Numbered from the stretch's first letter, positions 21,101-31,607 are shown. The stretch is DNA of 64,000 bases from Flexistipes sinusarabici DSM 4947 (GCF_000218625.1 NC_015672.1:1647451-1711450), one strand, 5' to 3'. A program made the numbers and translations. Notes: generated from the letters alone by a model not told the origin.

Positions 21101-22859
21101 TCATATTCATATTTTTGTGGATCCCGACCCTGACCCGGAAACAAGTTTTTTAGAAAGACAGCGTCTTTTTAAATTACCAAAATCCACATGGAAAGATTAT
21201 AATCACGATATCATATCTGAAGGAGGCGGGGTATTTGACAGATCGGCCAAGAAGATAGAAATATCACCGCAAATGAAGGAGATTTTTGGTATCGTAAAAG
21301 ATACACTGACAGGTGAAGAACTGATACAGTATATTTTAAAAGCACCTGCTGAGCTTCTGTGGAGCGGAGGTATCGGAACTTACATAAAAGATGCAAGTGA
21401 AACCCATGAAGATGTCGGAGATAAAGCCAATGATAATGTAAGGGTGGATGCTCAGGAAATTCATGCCCGGGTCATTGGAGAAGGCGCTAATCTGGGACTT
21501 ACGCAAAAAGCAAGAATAAGTTTAGCCAAAAGTGGAGTTTTGATAAACACGGATGCTATAGACAATTCCGGCGGCGTAGATATGTCCGACCATGAAGTAA
21601 ATCTTAAAATCCTGCTGGATATACTTTTGAAAAAGAAGGTGTTAAAAAGCCGCAAAGAAAGGAATTCACTGATACATAAGCTTACAGAAGAAGTTACCGG
21701 CCTGGTGCTGAAGGATAATTATGAGCAGTCGGAAACAATCTCATGTGATATTTTGAGAAATAAGGACAATTCCATCCCTTTTGAAACCACTGCAAAATAC
21801 CTTAAAGAGACCGGGCTTTTAAACTTTAAAATTGAACATATCGATTTTATCAAAGAAAACAGAAATATAACACGGCCGGAACTTACTGTCCTGCTGTCTT
21901 ATGTCAAGATACTGCTTTTTGATGAAATAGTTGATGATGTGAAACTGGATGACGAGCTCATGGTAAATCTATACAAATCTTACTTCCCAAAAACAATTCT
22001 CGGTAAATACGGGGATCATATTTTCGATCATCGTCTGAAAAATCAGATAACGGCAACAATGATTGTTAATAAAGCTGTAAACCAGGCAGGAACAACTATA
22101 TTTCCGATGATTCACAGCAATACAGGTGCAGATTACAAAAAACTGCTGAAAAGATACATTTTTGCCGATAAGCTGATGCAGGCGGAAAATATCAGAACAA
22201 AGATAAGAAACCTTGATTACAAAATACCATCACAAACTCAATATTATATGCTGATTGAACTTGAAAAGACCCTTAAAGTAGCATTGGAGTGGCTTATAAA
22301 CGATAAAAACTTCGATATGATTCAGGAGCATAAAACTTTGTTTGACAAAATAAAGGTCACCGTACCCAAAAATCTTACCGGACATTTAAAAAATAATTTT
22401 AACAGAATTAATGACAAACTGGTTAGCGAAAAATGTACCAAAAGTATTGCAAAAACAATCTGCGAAATTCGTTACACTAAGCCGGCATTCGATATCTTTG
22501 AAATCTGTATAAACAATGAGCTTGATTACAAAGAAACTATTAAGAATTATTTTATTATAGATGACAAGCTGGCTCTCCACAAGATTACCGGCGGTATTAA
22601 GCATATCCCGCTGAAGACATCCTGGGACAGCATAAACAGGGAAAATCTTTTAAAACGTACCAAAAACCTGCAAAAACATTTAGCCAAGAAATCCACAATA
22701 AACTCATTATCCTGGTTTAAAAATCTTATGAAACAAGAGTCGGTATTTTTTATGAACTATGAAAAGTTTTTGTCATCTATTGAAAAGGATGAAATCAAAA
22801 GCTTAGTACCGTTTAATGTGATAATAGACAGCATGTTTGACATAATAAATAAATACTAA
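18162..22859 (+). CDS. gdh: NAD-specific glutamate dehydrogenase, large (~180 kDa) class
   Basis: 1565 aa. Catalytic core has GIGDMSGDVFGNGML and KGGFIVKK motifs typical of giant Bac_GDH enzymes. Confidence 0.85.
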   Translation: MFNISFLTGSEIKERKNIETVKKRHNEVFGKFRQTNPPFYFFTEIFIMQLPLNFLEILTDTDLLEFLKFLFEDFNERKKKKYRMNYTTPFNSSFFIGNFSLITLSTDDRPFLVDSIREYFFEANISQQFILHPIFSVKRNNKGDITDIKDADIGTKNESYVVVFLENVEEPEFKKIRSEIKKIYNEVILAVDDFPSMSNLLKNLSESYKNITPEVSEFIDWLMNENFILQGVRILKNVNLQTGDYSMEQFGVYKLNRTLSLIPSIIKAIQSNRLKYINNYPIVVDKAIHESKVKKRIKYDRVMITDFNENSCTVITLIGVFSKEAINTPPYKISILRKTIAEVFNYFKFVQGSHDFKWIRDIINYYPKTEIFNFDRDTLIDILETILSLQGKNQIRLYWKDFRPLKNFYILLAIPSEKFSNELIRELSGNFAEILRANLLDLTTRSDEHGYHLIHFHFYLKDLNTLDKLKDSDLKEMVQGILKDWDDELYELLSIRYSGLKTDQIYHSFVNSFSENYKTRLSPREGAFDISYLIKFKGLRSAIYHENDKIVLKIYSEEKILLTDIMPVINNIGLKVHEEEIYTLSTKGKSYYISNIYLAEIDNNKKFADIYGDKLSEILTAAMTEKVENDRLNKLLVLAELSYKEIDVLRGLRNYVEQINYTFSRQSINETLINNPKIAKLLFQLFDEKFNPSCSKRDTEALEKKLLEEIDKVSSVLGDSILRHLLKTINAASRTNYYQTPVRNYISFKIRSSTLDILPEPKPMFEIYVHGPHMEGVHLRGGKVARGGLRFSDRFDDFRTEIMGLLKTQMVKNTIIVPVGSKGGFIVKKRFQDIDKDRAFVVEQYKNFIRGLLDLTDNYAGKKIIQPENTVIYDDKDPYLVVAADKGTATFSDVANSVSKEYNFWLGDAFASGGSEGYDHKKVGITARGAWECVKRHFRELDKNISKEDFTVVGIGDMSGDVFGNGMLLSRKIKLLGAFNHIHIFVDPDPDPETSFLERQRLFKLPKSTWKDYNHDIISEGGGVFDRSAKKIEISPQMKEIFGIVKDTLTGEELIQYILKAPAELLWSGGIGTYIKDASETHEDVGDKANDNVRVDAQEIHARVIGEGANLGLTQKARISLAKSGVLINTDAIDNSGGVDMSDHEVNLKILLDILLKKKVLKSRKERNSLIHKLTEEVTGLVLKDNYEQSETISCDILRNKDNSIPFETTAKYLKETGLLNFKIEHIDFIKENRNITRPELTVLLSYVKILLFDEIVDDVKLDDELMVNLYKSYFPKTILGKYGDHIFDHRLKNQITATMIVNKAVNQAGTTIFPMIHSNTGADYKKLLKRYIFADKLMQAENIRTKIRNLDYKIPSQTQYYMLIELEKTLKVALEWLINDKNFDMIQEHKTLFDKIKVTVPKNLTGHLKNNFNRINDKLVSEKCTKSIAKTICEIRYTKPAFDIFEICINNELDYKETIKNYFIIDDKLALHKITGGIKHIPLKTSWDSINRENLLKRTKNLQKHLAKKSTINSLSWFKNLMKQESVFFMNYEKFLSSIEKDEIKSLVPFNVIIDSMFDIINKY

Positions 22860-22871
22860 AAAGGGGAAAGA

Positions 22872-24161
22872 GTGAAAAAACTGATTCTGGCTCTAACATT
22901 CTTTTTTATCCTGGAGGGATTTTCAATGGCGTTACAAACCCATGAGCTGCCAAACGGTGTCCAGCTTGTCTACAAACATGTGCCCGGAAACAAAATAACA
23001 TCCGTACAGCTTTGGATGAAGACGGGTTCCGTTAACGAAACTGCTCAAAACAACGGAATATCTCATTTTCTTGAACATATGGTATTCAAAGGAACGGAAA
23101 AATTTGCACCGGATGAAATCGATACTCTCGTTGAGGCCAAAGGCGGTCAGATGAATGCGGCAACCAGCAAAGATTATACATTTTACTATATCACTATACC
23201 CACTTTCAATGTGGAAACAGCTTTTAATGTAATCAGTCAAATGGTTTTTGAAGCCACATTCCCCAAAGAGGAAATAAAAAAAGAAAAACCCGTTGTCATT
23301 CAGGAAATAATGCGCAAGTACGACAGCCCGACATACGATATGTGGACATATTTATCGGAAACACTTTTCAAAAATACTCCTTATGCAAGAGAGGTCATAG
23401 GAAGCGTTGAAAACATCAAATCTTTTGACAGACAGACACTCTTAAAATATTACAACAGTTTTTATCACCCTGAAAATATGACACTCGTAGTGGTTGGTGA
23501 TTTATCAGAGGATAAAGCAAAAGAATTGGCAATGCAGTATTTTAATAAAACAAAAGATGCCAATCCTATTAACAAAAGCTTTGGGATTCCGGATAAGCTT
23601 AATAAAAATGTAAAAAAAGTTTTTGAAAAAGATATTACACAAAGCTATACCGCTTTGGTTTATAGAGCCCCCTCATTAATGAGTGAGGATAAATACGAGA
23701 TGGAAGTACTAACGGAAATTTTATCGGGTGGAGAGTATTCCCTCCTTAACGAAAAGCTCAAAAATATAGAAAACCCCCTTGTAAATATGGTTTTTGGCGG
23801 TTATCTGGGGCAAAAGTACGGAGGCAGTTTTACCTTCTTCTACACCAAACATCCCTCTACAGACGGTGATCCACTTTCAAAAATACGTGAAATTATAGAT
23901 AATTTGCAGAAAGGAAATTTATCTGAAAAAGATTTGAAAAAAGCAAAAAACAGACTAAAGGCGGAAACAGTTTTTCAGAGAGAAAAAGCGTCTAATGAAG
24001 CCCATGATATCGGGATGGCTTACACGTTGGGGATAACCGACTACTACAAAGATTATGTAGAAAATATAGAAGCTGTTGAATTGGGTGATATAAAGGATGT
24101 TGCACGCAAAATCTTTTCAGATAACTATATCCTTGTAAAAACTGTTCCGAAAAATCATTAA
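22872..24161 (+). CDS. M16 (pitrilysin) family zinc peptidase
   Basis: Signal peptide plus inverted zinc motif HFLEHMVFKGT. Confidence 0.8.
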   Translation: MKKLILALTFFFILEGFSMALQTHELPNGVQLVYKHVPGNKITSVQLWMKTGSVNETAQNNGISHFLEHMVFKGTEKFAPDEIDTLVEAKGGQMNAATSKDYTFYYITIPTFNVETAFNVISQMVFEATFPKEEIKKEKPVVIQEIMRKYDSPTYDMWTYLSETLFKNTPYAREVIGSVENIKSFDRQTLLKYYNSFYHPENMTLVVVGDLSEDKAKELAMQYFNKTKDANPINKSFGIPDKLNKNVKKVFEKDITQSYTALVYRAPSLMSEDKYEMEVLTEILSGGEYSLLNEKLKNIENPLVNMVFGGYLGQKYGGSFTFFYTKHPSTDGDPLSKIREIIDNLQKGNLSEKDLKKAKNRLKAETVFQREKASNEAHDIGMAYTLGITDYYKDYVENIEAVELGDIKDVARKIFSDNYILVKTVPKNH

Positions 24162-24227
24162 TGAAAAACAGCCGATCTTGGCAATCTGCGTTAATATACT
24201 CTCTCAAACATTAATTTACTCGTATAT

Positions 24228-24262
24228 TTAAAGGAATTCAGGGGGCTTAAAGCCCCCTTTGT
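24228..24262. terminator. Bidirectional hairpin terminator between convergent genes
   Basis: agggggcttaaagccccct flanked by T/A runs. Confidence 0.55.
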
Positions 24263-24264
24263 AG

Positions 24265-24927
24265 TTAAAGAAATCTGTATAGGTTTTCAATTGTCTTTTC
24301 AATTCCGGCAGCCACTTCAAGGGTATTTTGAGCCAGCATAAACGCAGGAGTTGTTATAATTTTATTTTCTTCATCAACAACCGCCTCTTTAACCGGACAC
24401 TCAACATGTGTGGCTCCGAAGGATTCTATCGAACCGGCTACATTTTCATCGCTACCGATTGTAATTTTGGATGTTATACCTGTCCCTTCAAGAGCTTTAG
24501 CCACCAGAACAGGAGCTATACATATTGCCGCCATCGGCTTTTTTGAAGTTACAATGGTATTAACCGCCTTTTTCACATCTTCATTGACTTTACAGTCATT
24601 ACCTTCAATAGCATAAGTGGTAAGGTTCTTAGCAGCACCAAAACCGCCGGGGATAACCAGTGCATCAAGCTCATTGATGTCCACCTCGCTGATATCTTTC
24701 ACATTGCCTCTGACAAGCCTGGCTGCTTCTTCCAATACATTCCGTTTTTTACTTTCATCTACATCACCCGTTAGATGGTTAACAACATGATATTGTTCGA
24801 TATTAGGCGCCATACAAACAATGTCAGCTCCTTTCTTCTCAAGAAAATATAATGTCATAACAGCTTCGGTAATCTCCGTTCCGTCGAAAACACCGCACCC
24901 GCTGAAAATCACACCTATTTTTGGCAT
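24265..24927 (-). CDS. elbB: Isoprenoid biosynthesis glyoxalase ElbB (DJ-1/PfpI superfamily)
   Basis: N-terminus MPKIGVIFSGCGVFDGTEITEAV...LDALVIPGGFGAAKNL closely matches ElbB. Confidence 0.8.
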   Translation of the reverse strand: MPKIGVIFSGCGVFDGTEITEAVMTLYFLEKKGADIVCMAPNIEQYHVVNHLTGDVDESKKRNVLEEAARLVRGNVKDISEVDINELDALVIPGGFGAAKNLTTYAIEGNDCKVNEDVKKAVNTIVTSKKPMAAICIAPVLVAKALEGTGITSKITIGSDENVAGSIESFGATHVECPVKEAVVDEENKIITTPAFMLAQNTLEVAAGIEKTIENLYRFL

Positions 24928-25222
24928 ACTGCACCTCCTAATAGCTTTTATTCAGTAGAATTATATCACAGAAAAAAGTTCATTTACAATATAAACCATT
25001 CTTGGCGCCCTCCTAAAAATTCCACATTTAAAATCCGTGATGCGTAATGAGGAGATATTTGATGTTATTGAGGTAATAAGGGTCTTAGGGGTAGTATGGG
25101 TTGTAGATGTATTAAATAAGTTAAGAGGTAATCGTGCAAACAATTATATCAACTCCCTAAATATCTGCCTCAATCTGGACTTTTCTCCTTGGCTCTGTAA
25201 ATTTAACGCTTAGTACTTAGTA

Positions 25223-25310
25223 CTAATAACCAATACACAAATATACCAATTTACCACTCATCCATTACTCCACTATTCCAATATCCTACTCAACCTTTTT
25301 AACTTTATCA
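25223..25310. repeat. G-free block of about 90 nt adjacent to the 25339 minus-strand gene stop
   Basis: ccaatttaccactcatccattactccactattccaatatcctactcaacc... No G. Confidence 0.6.
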
Positions 25311-25338
25311 ACCACTTCAAGTTCAGCAATCTGAATTT

Positions 25339-26448
25339 TCAGTTGCCCCTTAAAACAATCTTGTATTTGTCCAGCTCTTTAATCTCATATTTTATTAAAT
25401 CATTTATAGCTGTTGCAAGATAAATGCTCTTTTCAGGATATTCCACCAACAGTGTGTCTTCTGACTTGGTTTCAACACTGAGTACCCAGCTGATAAAAGA
25501 TAATTCATTTTTTAACTCCATAAGCTTGTCCAAATCATTGTTTCCTGCCAGAACAACTTCTATTCTTTTACTATTTATTCCCTTTATCTTTTCCATAACC
25601 TCAGAGATTAACCGGTTGGAGGCAGCGGTACTTAAATTTTCCATCATTCTGTAAGCAGCATCCTCCACAGTCGGCCCCTGTCCCCTTTCAGAAACGTAGC
25701 CGCTTGCAAGCACAAGTTTCTGACCGTTTTTTTCGCCTATCAGTCTGTAAGTAAGCCTGCCTGTGACTACATTAAAAGGCAGTGTTATTCCATAGCCCAC
25801 ATCCTTGCCGCTTTTGGCAGTAACAGTGGAATCAACTTTACCCACCAGTATCAAGCCGGATAAAAATTTATTGGCAATATTTCTTACTTCCATAAAATTG
25901 CCGCTCTTCATTGCAGACTCAAGCTCTTTAACTGACATCTCTGAGCCTGCTGAAAACAGATCAACTACTTCAAGACTTTGTGATGCCAGCTCATTTATAA
26001 TTTTTTCCGATAAAGGGTTTGTCTCTCTTACCTCATTGTTCGGAAGAACTACAGGGAGCATAACTGCAACCTTTGTATTCTTTGATAAATAACTGAAAGC
26101 CTTTTTGGCTTTTTCCGGTAAAACTTCAGCACTTAACTTAACCCAATATATACCATTATCTTTTCCTTCATCTGTGATTTTATAATCTTCAATAACCCCG
26201 CTCACTTCAGTCTTTATTGCTTCATCCACTAAAACAGCATCCTGCACAATGGTCTCTACTTTCACCTTTATTCCGGCAGCTTTTTCAAGCCCAGCCCATT
26301 TTGCCCTTGCTACAGCCCTGAGTTTTGCAGAAGCAATATCATCATTCTTAATCTGTGCTTCGCCAACTGCAGAAACAATCTTTGCCTGCAAAAAAAATGG
26401 CATTAGTAAAACTGATAAAATTATTAAAAATTTCTTCATAAATCGCAC
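25339..26448 (-). CDS. Secreted protein of unknown function (possible LPP20/FlgT-like partner of the CsgG-like gene)
   Basis: Signal peptide MKKFLIILSVLLMPFFLQA. Sits downstream of the CsgG-like gene. Confidence 0.3.
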   Translation of the reverse strand: MRFMKKFLIILSVLLMPFFLQAKIVSAVGEAQIKNDDIASAKLRAVARAKWAGLEKAAGIKVKVETIVQDAVLVDEAIKTEVSGVIEDYKITDEGKDNGIYWVKLSAEVLPEKAKKAFSYLSKNTKVAVMLPVVLPNNEVRETNPLSEKIINELASQSLEVVDLFSAGSEMSVKELESAMKSGNFMEVRNIANKFLSGLILVGKVDSTVTAKSGKDVGYGITLPFNVVTGRLTYRLIGEKNGQKLVLASGYVSERGQGPTVEDAAYRMMENLSTAASNRLISEVMEKIKGINSKRIEVVLAGNNDLDKLMELKNELSFISWVLSVETKSEDTLLVEYPEKSIYLATAINDLIKYEIKELDKYKIVLRGN

Positions 26449-26469
26449 CTTTATCCGAAAAAAATAACT

Positions 26470-27699
26470 TCAGTAGAGTTTATCCAATAACCCCTGACCT
26501 TCATATGGGGCTTTTTCAACCAATGTCCCTACTTTTAACCTCGATTTAGCTGACTCATTACCCTTAATAATTACCCATGCGCTGTTCTGATTCACTTGGT
26601 TCGTAACTATCATATTTACAGGTATTGTTGACTTATAACACTCAACTTCCCCGGTCATAAAATCTTTTATGGCTGCAAATTGATATGCTTCAACAGTATC
26701 ACCCGGTTTAATACCGTCACTTTTGCCGATAGAAATCAAAGCCACAGATTTCCCGCCCCTGAGCTGGTTGATATAACCGCGAGCATTAAATATCTCTGAA
26801 AAAACAGATTTTATATCTGTGACAGATTCGCCCATGGCTTTCTTAGCTGCAGAAATAATTAATTCAGGATTAAATGCCGGCTGAACACCGCCAAGTTCTC
26901 TTCCTCTGACTTTTTTGGAAACAAGAACCTGCCCTGTGGCAACATCTATCAGTTGAATTGTCATTTCTGTTGTAACATTCCAGCCTTCCGTCATTGATTT
27001 TGCCACTGCTTGGGTGAGGTTTAACCATGCATTGCCCGTGTCTTTAAATTTTGTTTGGGGGATATATCTTGCATTTATATAATCTACGCTTCCGGAAATT
27101 ATATAATCCACTCCTGCCAGTTTGCCAAATTTTACGACAGTATTCTGATCCGCAAGATTCATTTGAAAATTCTGTTCATCAAGGACATTCTGCATCTGTG
27201 ACCTTGTAAACACATCTACGCCGCCGAGATTTACTATTGTATTCTCAACTGCAGACTGGGCAAATTCACCTATCTTAGGAGCTATTTGACGCATAAATGT
27301 ATTAACATTGCCGGAATATTTAATATCTGTTCTGCTGGCTCCGGCATAACCTAAACCGGCAGCCCCCGGCCCGACAATGACTCCCGCCGCTCCTGCCTGT
27401 CTGCGATTGATATCTGCCCGCCCCTCGATCTGTGAGTTCCGGACTGTCATTTCACCATATATTGTATTATTAAGAAATGGAACAACCGCTACTCTGTAGA
27501 TTTTACTTTTATACTGGGATTTACAGGCATCAGGGATTACAACCTGCTCCTGATCTTCCTGTTTAATCTGCATGGACAGCGGATCAAGTTTCGGCGGAGC
27601 GCATGAAATGGTAAAAAAAAATGTTATAACTGTAAGCAGAAAAAACTGAAAGAAATATCTTTTCACCCATTCCCTCTGAACAAAATATCGATTAGACAC
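26470..27699 (-). CDS. CsgG-family lipoprotein
   Basis: Lipobox (FTISC). CsgG-like segments RVAVVPFLNNT and GVDYIISGSV. Confidence 0.55.
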   Translation of the reverse strand: MSNRYFVQREWVKRYFFQFFLLTVITFFFTISCAPPKLDPLSMQIKQEDQEQVVIPDACKSQYKSKIYRVAVVPFLNNTIYGEMTVRNSQIEGRADINRRQAGAAGVIVGPGAAGLGYAGASRTDIKYSGNVNTFMRQIAPKIGEFAQSAVENTIVNLGGVDVFTRSQMQNVLDEQNFQMNLADQNTVVKFGKLAGVDYIISGSVDYINARYIPQTKFKDTGNAWLNLTQAVAKSMTEGWNVTTEMTIQLIDVATGQVLVSKKVRGRELGGVQPAFNPELIISAAKKAMGESVTDIKSVFSEIFNARGYINQLRGGKSVALISIGKSDGIKPGDTVEAYQFAAIKDFMTGEVECYKSTIPVNMIVTNQVNQNSAWVIIKGNESAKSRLKVGTLVEKAPYEGQGLLDKLY

Positions 27700-27738
27700 T
27701 TACTCAATATTACCATGAATAAAAACCAATGAAAAAAC

Positions 27739-28407
27739 TTATTGTTTAAGATTCAGAATTTTCATAACCTCCTGCAAATCCTCCCAGGCAGGTCTTTTCA
27801 TCTTCGGATTTCTTAATAAATAAGCGGGGTGAAATGTGGGCATTAATTTAATACCGTTTAGTTCTGTAAACTTACCCCTTAACCGGGAAATACCTTTTTC
27901 GGTATTCAGCAGTGCCTGCGCCGCAACACCGCCCAAAGAGATAATCACTTCGGGCTTAATTATTTCAATCTGTTTATATAAATAGCCTATACAGGTGGAT
28001 ATTTCATCTTTAAAAGGATTTCTGTTCTGTGGAGGTCTGCATTTTACAATATTTGCTATAAATACATCTTCCCTTTCCAGACCCATAGCATTGATCATTT
28101 TGGTAAGAAGCTGCCCTGCCCTGCCCACAAAAGGGCGCCCCTGTCTGTCCTCTTCAGCACCGGGACCTTCACCGATAAACATAAGACGCGCATCGGTGTT
28201 GCCTTCACCAAACACAACGTTTGACCTTGTTTTGTGCAGGGGGCATTCCACACATACTGAAACTTTATCAAACAAAACCTGCATTTCTCTGTTCATATCT
28301 TCCGCAACATAACCCGTTTCTGATGAATTTTCGCTAACACGGGAATGTCCCTCTTTTTCATCAAAAAGTAAAAATTCCACTCCATATACATCTTTTAGAA
28401 TATCCAT
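27739..28407 (-). CDS. Uracil-DNA glycosylase, family 4
   Basis: GEGPGAEEDRQGRPFVGRAGQLL motif. Confidence 0.85.
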   Translation of the reverse strand: MDILKDVYGVEFLLFDEKEGHSRVSENSSETGYVAEDMNREMQVLFDKVSVCVECPLHKTRSNVVFGEGNTDARLMFIGEGPGAEEDRQGRPFVGRAGQLLTKMINAMGLEREDVFIANIVKCRPPQNRNPFKDEISTCIGYLYKQIEIIKPEVIISLGGVAAQALLNTEKGISRLRGKFTELNGIKLMPTFHPAYLLRNPKMKRPAWEDLQEVMKILNLKQ

Positions 28408-28509
28408 ATTAAACGCCTTTTTATGTTTCTGGAAGTGAGACTTAAGTAATATTTGTTTGAAAAATGATTAAGTAGTTAAGTGGTCAAATTATTACTTAAT
28501 AATTTAACC

Positions 28510-28575
28510 ATCTCTCTGCTTTCTACTTCACCATTTCACCCAAACCCATAACCCATAACCCATCACGATATCACG
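28510..28575. repeat. G-poor block with (CCCATAA)n adjacent to the coaBC stop codon
   Basis: cacccaaacccataacccataacccatcac. Confidence 0.6.
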
Positions 28576-28607
28576 CATCACGGCGTTTTACCGCAGTACT
28601 TCCTGAC

Positions 28608-29852
28608 TTATTTAAAACCTTTTTTATTCTTAAAAATATTTACAGCAAAATTAAGTATATCCTCAGCAATTTCACTTTTTCTCTTTTTACCAATATGTTC
28701 CACCTTTCCGTCTGCAAAAAATACAGTAACTTCATTGTACAAAGAATCAAATCCTATATCTTTTCTGGAAATATCGTTAGCCACTATCATGTCAAGCTTT
28801 TTGTCTTTCAGTTTTTTCAACGCATTTTCCTGTAAATTGTCACTCTCAGCGGCAAATCCCACAAAAACCTGATTTTTACGTTTATATCCAGAAATTTCCT
28901 GAAGGATATCAGGGTTTTTCTCAAGGTCAACACACATATGACCATTATTCTTTTTGATTTTGGAAGAAAAATATTTTTTTGGCTTATAATCCGCAACTGC
29001 GGCAGCCATTATCAAAATATCGCATTCGGAAATAAAATCATTAACCCTTGCAAGCATATCACCAGCTGTATCAGCAAAAACAGCCGGATAATGCGCTTCA
29101 ACGGATGACGGACAGATAAGACGAAAACTGCCCCCTCTTTTCTTTACGCTGTCACAAAAAGCCAGCCCCATTTTCCCACTGGATTTGTTCGATATGAACC
29201 TAACAGGATCAATATACTCTTTTGTCCCTCCAGCCGTTATAAGAAAGTTTATATTTTTATATTCCTCACGGCTTTTCAACCTTGAATCAACCAAATCAGC
29301 CAAATCTTCCGGTTCAGGCATTTTCCCGATTCCCACATCCTTACATGCCAAATTCCCAATAACCGGATCCACAATTTCATATCCTAACTCATAAAGTCCG
29401 GCCAGATTGTTCTGATTCTGACGGCTTTCATACATAACGGTGTTCATGGAAGGTACAACTATCAAAGGTACATCATCAGGTTTTGCCAAAACCGAAGATG
29501 TAAGGAGGTTATCGGCTATTCCATAAGAAATTTTCGCAATCGTATTAGCCGTTGCAGGAGCTATTACAAAAACATCAGCCCACTTCACAAGATCAATATG
29601 ATAAATATTGTCAGGTTCTTCCCCTTCCCTGAAATCATCAATGTATACTCTCTCATGCGTTAGTGATTCAAAAGTCAGCGGAGTAATAAATTTGGTTGCA
29701 GCTTCCGTCATAATAACCCTAACACTATGCCCTTTATCCAAAAGCCTTCTGCACAGTGAAGGAATTTTGTAACAGGCAATACCACCCGTTACACCAATCA
29801 AAACATTACTCATCAGATTCTCCAGTTTCCTTTTTAACAGGCTCAAAAGCAA
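28608..29852 (-). CDS. coaBC: Bifunctional phosphopantothenoylcysteine decarboxylase / phosphopantothenate-cysteine ligase
   Basis: N-terminal flavoprotein domain plus C-terminal DFP domain. Length 414 aa. Confidence 0.9.
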   Translation of the reverse strand: MLLSLLKRKLENLMSNVLIGVTGGIACYKIPSLCRRLLDKGHSVRVIMTEAATKFITPLTFESLTHERVYIDDFREGEEPDNIYHIDLVKWADVFVIAPATANTIAKISYGIADNLLTSSVLAKPDDVPLIVVPSMNTVMYESRQNQNNLAGLYELGYEIVDPVIGNLACKDVGIGKMPEPEDLADLVDSRLKSREEYKNINFLITAGGTKEYIDPVRFISNKSSGKMGLAFCDSVKKRGGSFRLICPSSVEAHYPAVFADTAGDMLARVNDFISECDILIMAAAVADYKPKKYFSSKIKKNNGHMCVDLEKNPDILQEISGYKRKNQVFVGFAAESDNLQENALKKLKDKKLDMIVANDISRKDIGFDSLYNEVTVFFADGKVEHIGKKRKSEIAEDILNFAVNIFKNKKGFK

Positions 29853-30039
29853 TTTTACCGTTTATTATTTCTGAAAGAGCCTTAGTAGTATATTTATCGT
29901 AATTTTCTTCCTGACAGGGGAGCGTATCTTCTTTGGGATTAAGGAGTTCCCTGGAACGTAAGCCGGCCAGACGAACAAGCCTGAATCTACTTTTAATTTC
30001 CTTTTTTCTGACACCTTTTTCAATATCAAGTAATGGCAT
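29806..30039 (-). CDS. rpoZ: DNA-directed RNA polymerase subunit omega
   Basis: SRFRLVRLAGLRSREL motif. Conserved gmk-rpoZ-coaBC order. Confidence 0.7.
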   Translation of the reverse strand: MPLLDIEKGVRKKEIKSRFRLVRLAGLRSRELLNPKEDTLPCQEENYDKYTTKALSEIINGKIAFEPVKKETGESDE

Positions 30040-30723
30040 TTAAACCTCCAGTTTCATAATATCTTCTATATTTTCGATTTCCAACGTCTTTAAATGTTCA
30101 GCAACAAATATACATTCCAACTCATAAAAAGCTTTATTATAATTATCATTCAGAATTAAATAATCGTAATTTTTATAGTATCTTACTTCCTTAATTGCAT
30201 TTTGCAATCTTTTATTAATCTTTTCCTCACTTTCACTGCGCCTTTTCTTAAGCCTGTTTTCCAATTCTTTAAGACTTGATGCAACTATAAAAATATATAC
30301 TCCGTATCCCAGCTTTTTCCTCAGAATCCTTGCTCCCTGAGGGTCGATATCCAGAATAACATCATAACCGTTTTTCAGCTGCTGCTTTATAAAATCGGCC
30401 GATGTGCCGTAATAATTCTCATGAACAACAGCCCACTCGATAAAATCTCCGTTCTCTATCATCTGATTGAACTGATTTTCATCAACAAAAAAGTAATCTT
30501 TTCCATCTTCCTCATTTTTCCTCGGTTTTCTGGTGGTATGTGATATAGAATATTTCAAATCAGGGTATTTTTTAATCAATCTGTTGCACAGACTCGTTTT
30601 CCCGGCACCGCTCGGTGCACTTACAACAAAAAGCTTACCCGGACTTTTAGCAATATCTTGGTTAGACAATATTCTGTACCTGCTCTCTGATCTTATCAAT
30701 TTCACTCTTTGCAGAAACGACAA
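30040..30723 (-). CDS. gmk: Guanylate kinase
   Basis: P-loop SAPSGAGKTSL. The true start may be an internal non-ATG codon. Confidence 0.85.
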   Translation of the reverse strand: MSFLQRVKLIRSESRYRILSNQDIAKSPGKLFVVSAPSGAGKTSLCNRLIKKYPDLKYSISHTTRKPRKNEEDGKDYFFVDENQFNQMIENGDFIEWAVVHENYYGTSADFIKQQLKNGYDVILDIDPQGARILRKKLGYGVYIFIVASSLKELENRLKKRRSESEEKINKRLQNAIKEVRYYKNYDYLILNDNYNKAFYELECIFVAEHLKTLEIENIEDIMKLEV

Positions 30724-31534
30724 TGTTCACCACATCTGCTGAGTTGCTTTTCGAACCAATTGTATTGAATTCTCTGTGAAGCTCCTGCGATATAAAATCA
30801 AGTTTTTTACCGCAGAAATCCTCCTTCTCCAGCGTGCTCATAAATTGATTAAGATGTGAATCAACTCTTACCACTTCTTCGGTAATATCAGCCTTCTCTG
30901 CATAAAAACCTGCTTCCTGGGTAATTCTGTCCTCCTGGGCTTCTATATCCAGCTTCTCCATCCGTTTTTTAAATTTATCAAACCAATAATCAAAAACACT
31001 GTTCTTCAAGTTATCTATCTTTTTTGCCGATTCCTTAAGTCTTTCTATTCTTTCCTTTAAATCATTATAAAGGTTTTCTCCTTCTTTCTGCCTCATACTG
31101 TTAAGCTCCTGGAGCGCCTGGCTGACAGAATCCTTTATGAATGCACCCACCTTCTCTTCAGTCTCTTTGTCTTCATTAAATTCCAATATATCATCGTAAT
31201 GAATCAGATGGTCTATACGGATATCATCCAAAACCTCGCTTTCCATCTGTATTTCCCTGAGAGCATCAAGATAAAGGTTGAGCATGTTGTGGTTTATTTT
31301 CGGTATTTTAACAGGTTTCCTGAACTGCACATCCACACTTATGTCAATTTTACCTCTCAGAGCTTTTTCCCTGAAAATATTCATCAGATCGATTTCAAGA
31401 TAATTGAATAATTTCGGAAGCCTGAATCTTAAATCGAGATATTTGCTGTTTACACTTTTGATTTCAGTTTTCACATAACAGAAATCGTTCGCAAGAAAAT
31501 TCCTCCCAAAACCGGTCATACTTAAAATCATCAA
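30662..31534 (-). CDS. yicC: YicC-family stress-induced protein
   Basis: N-terminus MMILSMTGFGR plus the C-terminal DUF1732 region. Length 290 aa. Confidence 0.8.
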   Translation of the reverse strand: MMILSMTGFGRNFLANDFCYVKTEIKSVNSKYLDLRFRLPKLFNYLEIDLMNIFREKALRGKIDISVDVQFRKPVKIPKINHNMLNLYLDALREIQMESEVLDDIRIDHLIHYDDILEFNEDKETEEKVGAFIKDSVSQALQELNSMRQKEGENLYNDLKERIERLKESAKKIDNLKNSVFDYWFDKFKKRMEKLDIEAQEDRITQEAGFYAEKADITEEVVRVDSHLNQFMSTLEKEDFCGKKLDFISQELHREFNTIGSKSNSADVVNIVVSAKSEIDKIREQVQNIV

Positions 31535-31607
31535 AACACCTTTATTATTTAAATTTAATAAGTTATAATAAACGTTAATAGTACAAAATATTCAACAGGA
31601 GGTCAAT